Counted from the whole stretch's first letter, positions 37,314 to 46,140 are shown. The stretch is DNA of 62,246 nt, filler included, from Dimargaris cristalligena (GCA_003614675.1; 4 parts of 4 records of this genome joined end to end with filler, not necessarily neighbours in it); one strand, 5' to 3'. Notes: generated by a model not told the origin, from the letters alone. Made by a program: numbers and translations.

Positions 37314-38264
37314 CTAATCGTATCTATCTTTAAATTTTTCGTGTATTCCTTCTAAAAGCCGCTTCTTTGCAGTGTCATAAGGTCTGATCACTTTTAGACA
37401 TTGATCAAATGTAAACCAACCCACGTTGAAAATTTCACCACCGTCGCGAATGATTTCGATTTTATCTCGAGGCAAGACGTTTTTGCCCGAAATCTCCGCA
37501 ATGTAGTAAATGTGACGATATTGAATACCATTGGTTCCCACAAAAAGTTCCTCGCGTGGATTGTCTGTGATTATTTTGACGTCATGGTGATTATAACCAG
37601 TCTCTTCACGAAATTCTCGTTTGGCGCAGTCAATATTAGATTCGTACATGTTCTTTCTACCTTTTGGAAATCCATACTCTTGTTCTGTCCACCTACATGT
37701 GGTTTTCGAAAGAAGATCTTTGATATCAAGCTTCATAAATCTTTTTTCAGCATTTTCATATTCATTAATATACAATTTGCTGCTGTGATTACTCCATAGA
37801 CCGAACCACATGTCATAAAAAGATTCCTTTGATAAACGCATTCGTTCTTCGCATGTCATTTCTTCCAGGTAAATTTTCAAAACTTTGAACTTTTCATTGC
37901 CAGAATCTGGGTATTTGCCTCTGAGAAGATCAATGTATCCCATGGTGTCTTTACGTTGGACCATCAGGTAAAGAATTTTCGCATCTTCCGTGGGAAGAGG
38001 AATCGCATCAGGGCTTGAATTTTCATGAATCGGGCATTTCTTCCTGCTTACATTTTCCACCGGTCCCAAATTTACATAGTCACGAGCCGTAATTACCACC
38101 AAGCCAAAACTCGTTGTTGGTTCTGAACATTCTTTCCAAATATGACCCTCCTGTCCACAATTTACGCAGCAAAATCTTTTCCGTTTTCTTTCAGGAAATC
38201 CCCCACGATTTATTCGATTCTTTAAATTTCGGTGATTTTTTAGTTCGTCCATCAAAAAGTTCAA
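37314..38264 (-). CDS. Nudix hydrolase, NCLDV mRNA-decapping enzyme type, with N-terminal CCHC zinc knuckle, 316 aa
   Basis: CVNCGQEGHIWKEC, TSFG, YLMVQRKDTMGYIDLLRGKY, Nudix box GFPKGRKNMYESNIDCAKREFREETG, ELFVGTNGIQYRHIYYIA. Confidence 0.9.
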   Translation of the reverse strand: MNFLMDELKNHRNLKNRINRGGFPERKRKRFCCVNCGQEGHIWKECSEPTTSFGLVVITARDYVNLGPVENVSRKKCPIHENSSPDAIPLPTEDAKILYLMVQRKDTMGYIDLLRGKYPDSGNEKFKVLKIYLEEMTCEERMRLSKESFYDMWFGLWSNHSSKLYINEYENAEKRFMKLDIKDLLSKTTCRWTEQEYGFPKGRKNMYESNIDCAKREFREETGYNHHDVKIITDNPREELFVGTNGIQYRHIYYIAEISGKNVLPRDKIEIIRDGGEIFNVGWFTFDQCLKVIRPYDTAKKRLLEGIHEKFKDRYD

Positions 38265-38378
38265 ACCTCAAAGTAGATGAATCCATGTTATTGACAGCGC
38301 AGAAAGTTTGTTTTGATGCGTTCTTCGCATTTACACGAAATATTGTCAAATGTATATAAAGTCGATATATAAAGTCGA

Positions 38379-39356
38379 ATGACTTTTATGACAAATAAGT
38401 TATTTCTAATGTTTTCCAATTTTACCACCATCAAATCAAGAGACTCTTCCAGTTTGGAACTGACTTTGGAAAAAAACAAAAAACTTTTTGATATTCGTCA
38501 GAGGTCCAACGAAATTTGGATTCAGACCAACCGAGTCAATGTAATATATGGTTATTCTGCAAGTATTTTTAAACCAGGCCAGGGTTCTCTTGTTGTCAAG
38601 ATAGATGATGATCTTCGTAAAACTGTAGAAAAAGTCGACACACTCGTATTTGACGAGATAATTCGAATTCATGCTGGTAGTATCGTCGAAAATGTCAAAA
38701 TTACTCCAAATGCTGTCAAAGCCATGTATAGGACAAGCTTAAAACAAGACAAGTTGAAATTAAACTGTTCAAGTTTGAATTGTGCTTTTTTTTCCAAAGA
38801 TAATATTCTGTTGGAAAATGTCGTGTTGGAAACTCTTCTCCCTAAAAACTCTATAATAAGTCTTATTATTCAACCCGCTTTCGTTTGGATGATGGACGGC
38901 AAAATCGGCATCCGATGGGAAGCCCGACAAATTAGGATACACGAGCAAATAAACAACGAAGAAATCATCGATCGAACACTGCCGGACACTAAACAACAGA
39001 ATTATCAAAAAGGGTCTGATTCGCATCTAAATTCAACAAAAATTGGGAAGAACTACGAAGATTCAAACACTCAAATCAATCATCTTTTCAAACACAAGGC
39101 AAATGTCAATCCAAACAAGAGATTATTGTTTCCTGATGATGATGATTATGCAAAAAACAGTGAAGTTATCGATAAAAATACCACGAATCTTTCCCGCCGA
39201 TTATTGTTTCCGGATAATGATGATGAACCTTCGAATACAAAAAATATTGAATTTATCGATAAAGTTACCACGAATCTTTCACGCCGATTATTGTTTCCGG
39301 ATGATGATGAACCTTCGAATGCAAAAAATATTGAATTTATCGATAAAGTTTGCTGA
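38379..39356 (+). CDS. Putative viral single-stranded DNA-binding protein (OB-fold, DUF2738-like) with repetitive acidic tail, 325 aa
   Basis: IWIQT, VEKVDTLVFD and IIQPAFVWMMDGKIGIRWEARQIRI resemble NCLDV SSB motifs; acidic C-terminus. Confidence 0.6.
   Translation: MTFMTNKLFLMFSNFTTIKSRDSSSLELTLEKNKKLFDIRQRSNEIWIQTNRVNVIYGYSASIFKPGQGSLVVKIDDDLRKTVEKVDTLVFDEIIRIHAGSIVENVKITPNAVKAMYRTSLKQDKLKLNCSSLNCAFFSKDNILLENVVLETLLPKNSIISLIIQPAFVWMMDGKIGIRWEARQIRIHEQINNEEIIDRTLPDTKQQNYQKGSDSHLNSTKIGKNYEDSNTQINHLFKHKANVNPNKRLLFPDDDDYAKNSEVIDKNTTNLSRRLLFPDNDDEPSNTKNIEFIDKVTTNLSRRLLFPDDDEPSNAKNIEFIDKVC
39110..39351 (+). repeat. Three tandem ~70-87 bp coding repeats (xRLLFPDDD...IDK), each ending in the ATCGATAAA palindrome
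   Basis: Units 39181-39267 and 39268-39351 are near identical; a more diverged unit precedes them. Confidence 0.9.
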
Positions 39357-39385
39357 TGATGACGATGAAATTCAATAATTCCCGA

Positions 39386-39802
39386 TCACGATTCTCGACA
39401 ACCAAATCTTACTAACACCACTTGTTGGCCGAGTAAATTGGTTTTTTCTTGATGTTTTTTAGTGTTGCACGGTTTGTCATCGTCATGTCTACTCAAAAGG
39501 TTTATCATAAAAAATGTCCCGCGCATTCTATTCTTGTGTTTGACATAGCACAACCTCCCGTACAATCCTTGCAAGTAATCATTTAAACAACGTCCATCAA
39601 TGCCTTTCAATACCATCAATTCCAACACGAGTTTCACAAGTGACTTTACTTTCTGTTTTGCATTTGACTTTTGCCTTATTATATCGTTTTTGGCGGACGA
39701 TCGGGCATATTTCATGTTTTCTGAACATGTCCAAATATTACCAACTAAAAATATTTGTGATGGTCTTGCAAGTTCACAACAACAGTTTAGCGTGGGGATC
39801 AT
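39386..39802 (-). CDS. Hypothetical viral protein, 138 aa
   Basis: ATG-started ORF filling the space between neighbours; no motif recognised. Confidence 0.45.
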   Translation of the reverse strand: MIPTLNCCCELARPSQIFLVGNIWTCSENMKYARSSAKNDIIRQKSNAKQKVKSLVKLVLELMVLKGIDGRCLNDYLQGLYGRLCYVKHKNRMRGTFFMINLLSRHDDDKPCNTKKHQEKTNLLGQQVVLVRFGCRES

Positions 39803-39967
39803 GGGTTTTAATGTTAAATGTCAACATGTACTATGAACATGTATTATGAACATGTTAACATTTATATAAATATTTAGTGCAAAATTTATTGATGTATTTC
39901 GTATAAAACAGCAACAAAAAATATTAGATAATAGATAATCGATAATCGATAATCGATAATCGATTTT

Positions 39968-40624
39968 TCATTCGCTCAAATTTGACATAAGTTGATACTG
40001 CATATCGATCGGTTCAGTTAAAGGCAGAGTAATCTTTTGAGCTTCGTCTCGTTCTAGATCTGTGTAAAGATCAGACAGAAAAGTATCTCGCTCTTGACGC
40101 AATTCCTCTGTTCGCTTCTTAATAAGAGCTTCGAGTTGTTGTATCTTGAACCAAACTGCTGCAGCATGTTGCCGTTTGTTCTCAGATGCGCTGGCCAAGG
40201 CAGCTTTTCCTTCCTGTGTTTTCGCATACTCCAGATCTTTGGCATGTTTTTCTTTGATTTCTCGGAATTCCTTATCCCAGTTTTTGTCCATCTCTGCTTG
40301 CTTGTTTCGGTGAGATTGAATCAATCCAGTCAATTGACTGTTTGCATATTCGACATTCGACACTTCAAATGGGTTGAACACCCATGGAGACCACTTTCCA
40401 ACTGTACCTACAAAAATGTCAAAATCCGGGTCTAACGCTTGATAAGCCATGGATAGTTTTCTTCCTTCCTCTTCAGTTTCGCAAACGTCATGGATTTTGA
40501 AACCATAGGTATCGTGTTTTTGTCTGCTTTCCGGGCTAATCATACTTGCCAAAAAGTATTTTTTCCCTGGAAGAGGCGGATTGTCATGAAGTATAGCCAC
40601 CTTTGTGCTTTTGATGTCTGACAT
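39968..40624 (-). CDS. Conserved NCLDV protein, DUF5832-like (start taken at MSDIK; upstream in-frame codon at 40675)
   Basis: DNPPLPGKKYFLASMISPE...GFKIHDVCETEEEG...LDPDFDIFVGTVGKWSPW...VEYANSQLTGLI. Confidence 0.75.
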   Translation of the reverse strand: MSDIKSTKVAILHDNPPLPGKKYFLASMISPESRQKHDTYGFKIHDVCETEEEGRKLSMAYQALDPDFDIFVGTVGKWSPWVFNPFEVSNVEYANSQLTGLIQSHRNKQAEMDKNWDKEFREIKEKHAKDLEYAKTQEGKAALASASENKRQHAAAVWFKIQQLEALIKKRTEELRQERDTFLSDLYTDLERDEAQKITLPLTEPIDMQYQLMSNLSE

Positions 40625-40742
40625 TTGACTATTTTTACTTTGGTATTTCAAAAAACAATTAGAAAAAAAACGCACCGCATGAAAACGTCAACATTCGTCT
40701 CACGGATGCAAATTTTTAAATTTCCAATGATAAACGACAATA

Positions 40743-42101
40743 ATGAGTGGATTAAATGGGATCAAAGTGGAAACGGGTCAAGACAAAGTGGTCAACACCA
40801 TCCCCGCCTTGCGTGTTAACATGAACAACGTGGAATTGGCCTCTAATCAAACAGCACCAAAATCACGAATTGAGATCCCCGAAAGAAATAAACCAACAGA
40901 AAATACCGATTCTGATTCTGGGGAAGATTTCAAATTTTTAGAAAATGGGAAAAAATCAAAGATTGTACCACTTGCCGAAAAAGACAACAACTTGGACAGC
41001 GAATCAGAGAGGAGCAATCGTTCAGCAAGATCTAAAAACTCACAATCTTTTCCAAATGCTCAAGATAATTATACGCCTCGTTACAATTCCCGAGCATCTG
41101 ATGATGGAAAAAATGGAGAGCACCGATCATTCTCGTCTCCAACACCAAATAATGATGATTTAAAGGAAATTTCATTTGATTCTTCTCGTTCATTTCAAAG
41201 AAAAATAACTGCCACGTTGACACCAAACGAACTAAGGAAGCAAAAGACTAATTACCTTTACCAATACGAAAAACACAACAAAGATTTCAAGTATTTCAAT
41301 AGAAAATACACCATTCATGATGATGTTGATGAAATTCGGGACGCTGTGGAAAATGTCAAACGGAAGAAACAAACAGAAGAAGTAATAGAATTTTGGAAGA
41401 AAATGATGATGTTACTAGTTGCGTGCATTACAATGTTGAACTCTACCTTTAATCCCATGGACATCGATTTAGAAACATGGAAAACAAATATGAATTACGA
41501 TTTGAACATTGGTAAATATGACGATCCATTCGAAGCACTAGTCGACAAATACAGCGGCAATTCCGCTTACGGACCCGAATTAAGAATTCTCGGTTTGATG
41601 GGGATGAACCTTGTTATTACAGTCATGGCTCAAAGAGAAAACAAAAATAAACTAGCTGATATTGCTTTGGAAAAAGAGAAAATGAAGAGAGAAATGCGAG
41701 AAGAAATTTACAGAGAAAACGCCGCACTATACGCTGCGAACCGAGCGAAACAAGAACCACTTAACGATCGACCTGTTTACATTCCTGCGTCCGCACCCAG
41801 AACTCAGGTGCCAATCCCATCACAACAAATGAAGGGTCCATCTGACTTTGATGAAATGCAGCAACAGCTGGCAGACGTCAATTCGGATTGCAATAGTTCC
41901 GAATTCCCCGGTGACCAGGAAAGTATGATGAGTTTACGTTCTGAACATGCCCCGAAAATCGAAATACGCGATACTGTTGACGAGATGACCCTAGAAAAAA
42001 CAATTCTGACCATTGAACCGAAAAAAATCAAAGAACCCAAACGAAGAGGTCGCCCTCCAAAGAGCGTTTTTCAAAACGATGTAAAAGTAATTAGCGTCTA
42101 A
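40743..42101 (+). CDS. Conserved NCLDV protein, DUF5767-like, 452 aa
   Basis: KQKTNYLYQY...IEFWKKMMM...LNSTFNPMDIDLETW...YDDPFEALVDKY...GPELRILGLMG...QMKGPSD. Confidence 0.75.
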   Translation: MSGLNGIKVETGQDKVVNTIPALRVNMNNVELASNQTAPKSRIEIPERNKPTENTDSDSGEDFKFLENGKKSKIVPLAEKDNNLDSESERSNRSARSKNSQSFPNAQDNYTPRYNSRASDDGKNGEHRSFSSPTPNNDDLKEISFDSSRSFQRKITATLTPNELRKQKTNYLYQYEKHNKDFKYFNRKYTIHDDVDEIRDAVENVKRKKQTEEVIEFWKKMMMLLVACITMLNSTFNPMDIDLETWKTNMNYDLNIGKYDDPFEALVDKYSGNSAYGPELRILGLMGMNLVITVMAQRENKNKLADIALEKEKMKREMREEIYRENAALYAANRAKQEPLNDRPVYIPASAPRTQVPIPSQQMKGPSDFDEMQQQLADVNSDCNSSEFPGDQESMMSLRSEHAPKIEIRDTVDEMTLEKTILTIEPKKIKEPKRRGRPPKSVFQNDVKVISV

Positions 42102-42126
42102 CAAACATTTATCGATAAAATGTTTC

Positions 42127-42426
42127 TCATTTCGGATGCGAGACTGTCGACTGGGTAACGGCAATATGCGTTGGGGGTTTGTGGCACCCCGGATACAATG
42201 ACATAAAATATTGTAAAATCAGGAAAAACAAAGTCATTGCCACAGCGTGTTGGAAATTTTCTGTCGATTGGTACATTATGCAAAATAACGTAAATGTCTT
42301 GATAATTGAAGTGTCCAACAAACTCCCACACAATAGCTGAATGTCATTGCCAACATATCTCGTTGCGAAGTATGACATGTAAGAAATTAGGCATTTAAAA
42401 GATTTGTGTGCAATCGTGGAATCCAT
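42127..42426 (-). CDS. Small viral membrane protein, 99 aa
   Basis: FATRYV...IIKTFTLFCIMYQSTENFQHAVAMTLFFLILQY resembles a small multi-TM family seen in giant-virus core clusters. Confidence 0.55.
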   Translation of the reverse strand: MDSTIAHKSFKCLISYMSYFATRYVGNDIQLLCGSLLDTSIIKTFTLFCIMYQSTENFQHAVAMTLFFLILQYFMSLYPGCHKPPTHIAVTQSTVSHPK

Positions 42427-42574
42427 TGTTCAACTGTTTTAGTCGTGTTTATCATATCCATCCGTAAAAAAACAACCTCGTTTCTGTTTAATGGCTGTTT
42501 TTACATGGCACCCGTCCATTCGTCGAATAGGTTTGTAAAATTTAGAATCTATATAATAGAAGCAGACATAATTG

Positions 42575-42829
42575 ATGAATGAAGCGAAAGATCTCGGAAC
42601 AGATGAAAACGACCACATTACTGCTCTTAAGACGTGTAAAGATGTAATTCAACATGTCCATGTTTGCAACAATTGTCAAAGACGACTATCGTTTGATCCA
42701 ATTGAGAAGGCTCTTTTAAAAACTCATTCAGTCAAAAACGAAATCATCGAACTCGTTGCATTTTTGGCAATGGGTTCATTTATTATATTTTTTCTTCATT
42801 TTATGGTTAAGTTCAAAAGTGTAAACTAA
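42575..42829 (+). CDS. Small viral protein with C-x5-H-x3-C-x2-C motif and C-terminal TM helix
   Basis: CKDVIQHVHVCNNC followed by IIELVAFLAMGSFIIFFLHFMV. Confidence 0.65.
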   Translation: MNEAKDLGTDENDHITALKTCKDVIQHVHVCNNCQRRLSFDPIEKALLKTHSVKNEIIELVAFLAMGSFIIFFLHFMVKFKSVN

Positions 42830-42859
42830 CGATACATTACAAGAACAGAGTGATTTTGT

Positions 42860-43366
42860 TTACGAACATTTGTGAATATTTTTCAAATGTGCATATCTGG
42901 GATTTTTGCGCATAATTTGGCTCCTCAGGTTAACATTGCTCAATCCAGAATCTGGGTTATAATAGTACTCATCTATTTTCGAACTTTTTTCTTTCATTTT
43001 TGGTTGAGCAAATTCGATCCCAAGTTCTTCCTTTAGTTTGCGTTGTTTTTCGTTCCATTTTTTTGTTTTGGAAACGTCCGCAGCACTCCAAGAGATGTAG
43101 AGTGTATTCTCATCATTTTTTCGCTTTACATAAAACTCTTTCTTTCGCAAGGCTGCTTTGAGATACTCCATGCATTCTGTAAAATTATAGTTTGTCGTGT
43201 CTGGAATGCTTATTGGAACTTTAATAGTTGTGCATGTTTCGTGACAAATTTCATAAACCATACGTATTTCAGCCAAGGCTTTTTCCAATTGAATTTGATA
43301 TTTTTTATATCTGGACTCTGATTTTGCATGTTCCTCTTGAATAAGATCAGATGCTTTCAGAGTCAT
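42860..43366 (-). CDS. Conserved NCLDV protein, DUF5759-like, 168 aa
   Basis: YQIQLEKALAEIR...CTTIKVPISIPDTTNYNFTECMEYLKAALRKKEFYV...LYISW. Confidence 0.75.
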   Translation of the reverse strand: MTLKASDLIQEEHAKSESRYKKYQIQLEKALAEIRMVYEICHETCTTIKVPISIPDTTNYNFTECMEYLKAALRKKEFYVKRKNDENTLYISWSAADVSKTKKWNEKQRKLKEELGIEFAQPKMKEKSSKIDEYYYNPDSGLSNVNLRSQIMRKNPRYAHLKNIHKCS

Positions 43367-43529
43367 TTATTATTAAACATTGATTTTTTATTGTTTTACA
43401 ATAACACGTTTCTCAATAGCGGGAAACACTGAAATTTGTAGATAATCAATTTCTCAAAATGAGCTAAAGCGTTTCTCATAAAAACCACAGTCTCCATAAA
43501 CCTAGCTTTCGTCCGTCAGTCAGTCAGTC

Positions 43530-43999
43530 ATGTCGTCGGCAAGGTGCAACCAACCGTCGCAAAAAGCTCGCTCCCGCTACCGTCAGCTCCCTGCCGTCAC
43601 GTCCTCGACAGCGCCTCAACAACCTGCTCAACTTCAACCCGCCCTCAATCCAAACTGGCCACTTAACATGCGCCCATACTTGGTCGGAGGCGGGCCCCAC
43701 GCTCACAAGGTAGACTGGCGCCGGGAGTTCCTGAAAAACCACCCGGAACTCGTCTCCCCTGAAGACCAGGAGGCGGCTTTCGCTGCATTCTGGAAGGGGT
43801 TGATTAAGCTCTACGAAACTGGTAAATGGGGTCGAGGAAACTTACGTCCGAGGCGGGGGAAGGGACCACCTGCCAACAAAACACTAATGTCCTGTTCGTT
43901 CGCCCCGTTTCAGATTGGTCCTGGCTGTCTTCTTTGTTCTCTTGGCTAACCTGCGGTTTTGTCCATCCCGGCGGTTCCAAGGATAAACAAGCTTGGTAA
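43530..43999 (+). CDS. Hypothetical GC-rich gene with probable spliceosomal intron; join(43530..43821,43914..43999), 125 aa
   Basis: GTAAAT donor at 43822, CTAAT branch, pyrimidine tract, CAG acceptor at 43913; the spliced frame ends TDWSWLSSLFSWLTCGFVHPGGSKDKQAW*. The unspliced alternative is 43530..43949. Confidence 0.45.
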
Positions 44000-44212
44000 G
44001 TAACGCGGGGGAGGGCGGGATGGACGACTCCATTTCTTCCCCAGATCTTTTAAATCCCGCGCTTTTCATGCTTCTCATGCTTTTTAGCTTACCATGGTAA
44101 CGTCTACATGCCTTACCGCGGTAACCGTCGCTTCCCTTAGATCTTTCTTTTTAGATTCGGAAAAAATCAATATTCGTGAATTAGTTCGAATAAATTCAAC
44201 AGTTAAACACCC

Positions 44213-44322
44213 TCGAATATTTTTCTTTCATTTTTGGTTGAGCAAATTCGATCCCAAGTTCTTCCTTTAATTTGTGTTGTTTTTCGTTCCATTTTTTTGT
44301 TTTGGAAAGGTCCGCAGCACTC
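44213..44322. repeat. Direct duplicate of an internal piece of the DUF5759-like gene (42979-43088)
   Basis: TTTTTCTTTCATTTTTGGTTGAGCAAATTCGATCCCAAGTTCTTCCTTTA...TCCGCAGCACTC is present twice with only a few substitutions. Confidence 0.92.
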
Positions 44323-45110
44323 ATAATCACAATCTCATTTATCGATAAATCATATTGCAAATTCATTCAACATTCTGCAATCACAACCATAATCACAATC
44401 TCATTTATCGATAAATCATATTGAATAATTTCTTTCTCAAATTCATTCAACATTCAAAAATCACAATCGCAATCATAATCACAATCTCATTTATCGATAA
44501 ATCATATTGCATAAGTTGTCAAATTCATTCAACTTTCTCAATCACAAACATAATCATAATCACAATTTGTTTTATCGATAAATCATATTGCATAAGTTGT
44601 CAAATTCATTCAACTTTCTACATTCACAATCATAATCACAATGACAATCATAATCACAATCTCATTTATCGATAAATCATATTGCATAATTTGTCAAATT
44701 CATTCAACCTTCTACATTCACAATCATAATCACAAAGACAATCATTATCATAATCACAATCTCATTTATCGATAAATCATAATGCATAATTCGTCAAATT
44801 CATTCAACATTCAACAATCACAATCATAATCCTAATCCTTGCAAATCCCAAATTCTTCCAACAATCATAACTACATCCACAAACGTATGGCAAATTCGTT
44901 TAACATTCACAATCACAATTTGAATCTCATTTATCGATAAAACATATTGCATAATTTGTCAAATACTTTCAACATTTTACGATTACAATCGCAATACCCG
45001 GTAGTAATTTATAGAAAGTCTTTGACAAATTTTGCCTTTGCATTACAAATTACATATTCTACTTTCACAATCGCAATCACAATCACAAATTAACAATCAT
45101 TTTGCGAACA
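44323..45110. repeat. Tandem array of 7 palindrome-containing units separated by variable CA(C/T)AAT runs
   Basis: Core CACAATCTCATTTATCGATAAATCATATTGCATAA-TTGTCAAATTCATTCAAC; ATCGAT at 44341, 44407, 44493, 44574, 44668, 44768, 44933. Confidence 0.93.
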
Positions 45111-45149
45111 TTCAATTTCTTCGTAATTCAACTTTCCGAACCTGGTTTG

Positions 45150-46133
45150 TTAAATTGACTTTCGTCTGGTAACATATCTGCTATTTGACAAACACTTATT
45201 CAAAACAACCTGTCTGTTTGATTTGTGGTGTATCCTGGCACTTTCATATCCTTTCATAAACAAACTTTTTTTTGTAATAAAATCAATATCGAGGTCAAAA
45301 CAATGACTTTCAGAGCATGTCAATGAAATTGTTAGAGATAAGCGATCATCTAAAATTCCTTTTTGAATTGAATCGATGAGACCTTCACTTTTTTTGATGG
45401 AACAAGAAAACAAATTGTATAGAAAGTTTTCGAAAGAACTTGTTTTTCGATTTGAAAGTGATCTAATGTCACATCCAATAACATAATCGCAAGGGTCCAG
45501 TTGTGGGTTTCTTAGCTTGAAATCTTTTATGCAATGCAGTATCGGATAATTATCCATTACACCACCATCAACGTAATGCTTTCTGTTATGTTGGACTGCG
45601 GAAAACAGAAAAGGGACAGATATTGATATTCGGATCGCATCAAGAACTCTCATATCGCCAAATTTTTCCGGACAAAAATAATCAATCTTGTGTGCGGAAA
45701 TGTCACATCCAGTGAAAATGAGCCTTTTTTTAAATTTTGACTCAAAATCTTTGAATGTTATCATGGGATTAACACCGTTTTCAACCATGATATCCACCAA
45801 ATGCGCAATGAAATATTCTCCTGAATCTATCCCAAAGGTCTCGAAAAACTTTGAAATATTGCTATATTTTAAAATACTTTTATCAAAAACGGACAATTTC
45901 TTGAAAATGTCATCACAAGACATACCGGTTGCAACACACATTGCAACCACTGTACCGATTGATGTCGCAACAAACGTATCAACGTTATTCATCATTTCTT
46001 TTTCCTCCAGATATTTCAGAGCTCCCAAATGCGCGAAACCCGTCGTTCCCCCACCTGACAAACACACACTTTTGTATGACATTTTCTTCATGATATAAAA
46101 TTTCAGAATCGCAATAATGTTTGAACGCACCAT
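45150..46133 (-). CDS. Patatin-like phospholipase (NCLDV type); true start may be at MKKMSYK
   Basis: LSGGGTTGFAHLGAL, ATSIG nucleophile elbow, FGIDSG, AIRISISVPFLF, YVDGGVMDNYP. Confidence 0.92.
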   Translation of the reverse strand: MVRSNIIAILKFYIMKKMSYKSVCLSGGGTTGFAHLGALKYLEEKEMMNNVDTFVATSIGTVVAMCVATGMSCDDIFKKLSVFDKSILKYSNISKFFETFGIDSGEYFIAHLVDIMVENGVNPMITFKDFESKFKKRLIFTGCDISAHKIDYFCPEKFGDMRVLDAIRISISVPFLFSAVQHNRKHYVDGGVMDNYPILHCIKDFKLRNPQLDPCDYVIGCDIRSLSNRKTSSFENFLYNLFSCSIKKSEGLIDSIQKGILDDRLSLTISLTCSESHCFDLDIDFITKKSLFMKGYESARIHHKSNRQVVLNKCLSNSRYVTRRKSI

Positions 46134-46140
46134 CCATATT

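Noticed and set aside
37067-37333. 88-aa hydrophobic ORF between the Skp1-like and Nudix genes
   Set aside because: Non-ATG start, overlaps both neighbours and spans the palindrome; more likely intergenic DNA.
44421-44675. 84-aa ORF
   Set aside because: It is only the translation of the tandem repeat.
44323-45110. CRISPR array
   Set aside because: The sequences between cores are related CA(C/T)AAT runs of variable length rather than unique spacers, and there are no cas genes.
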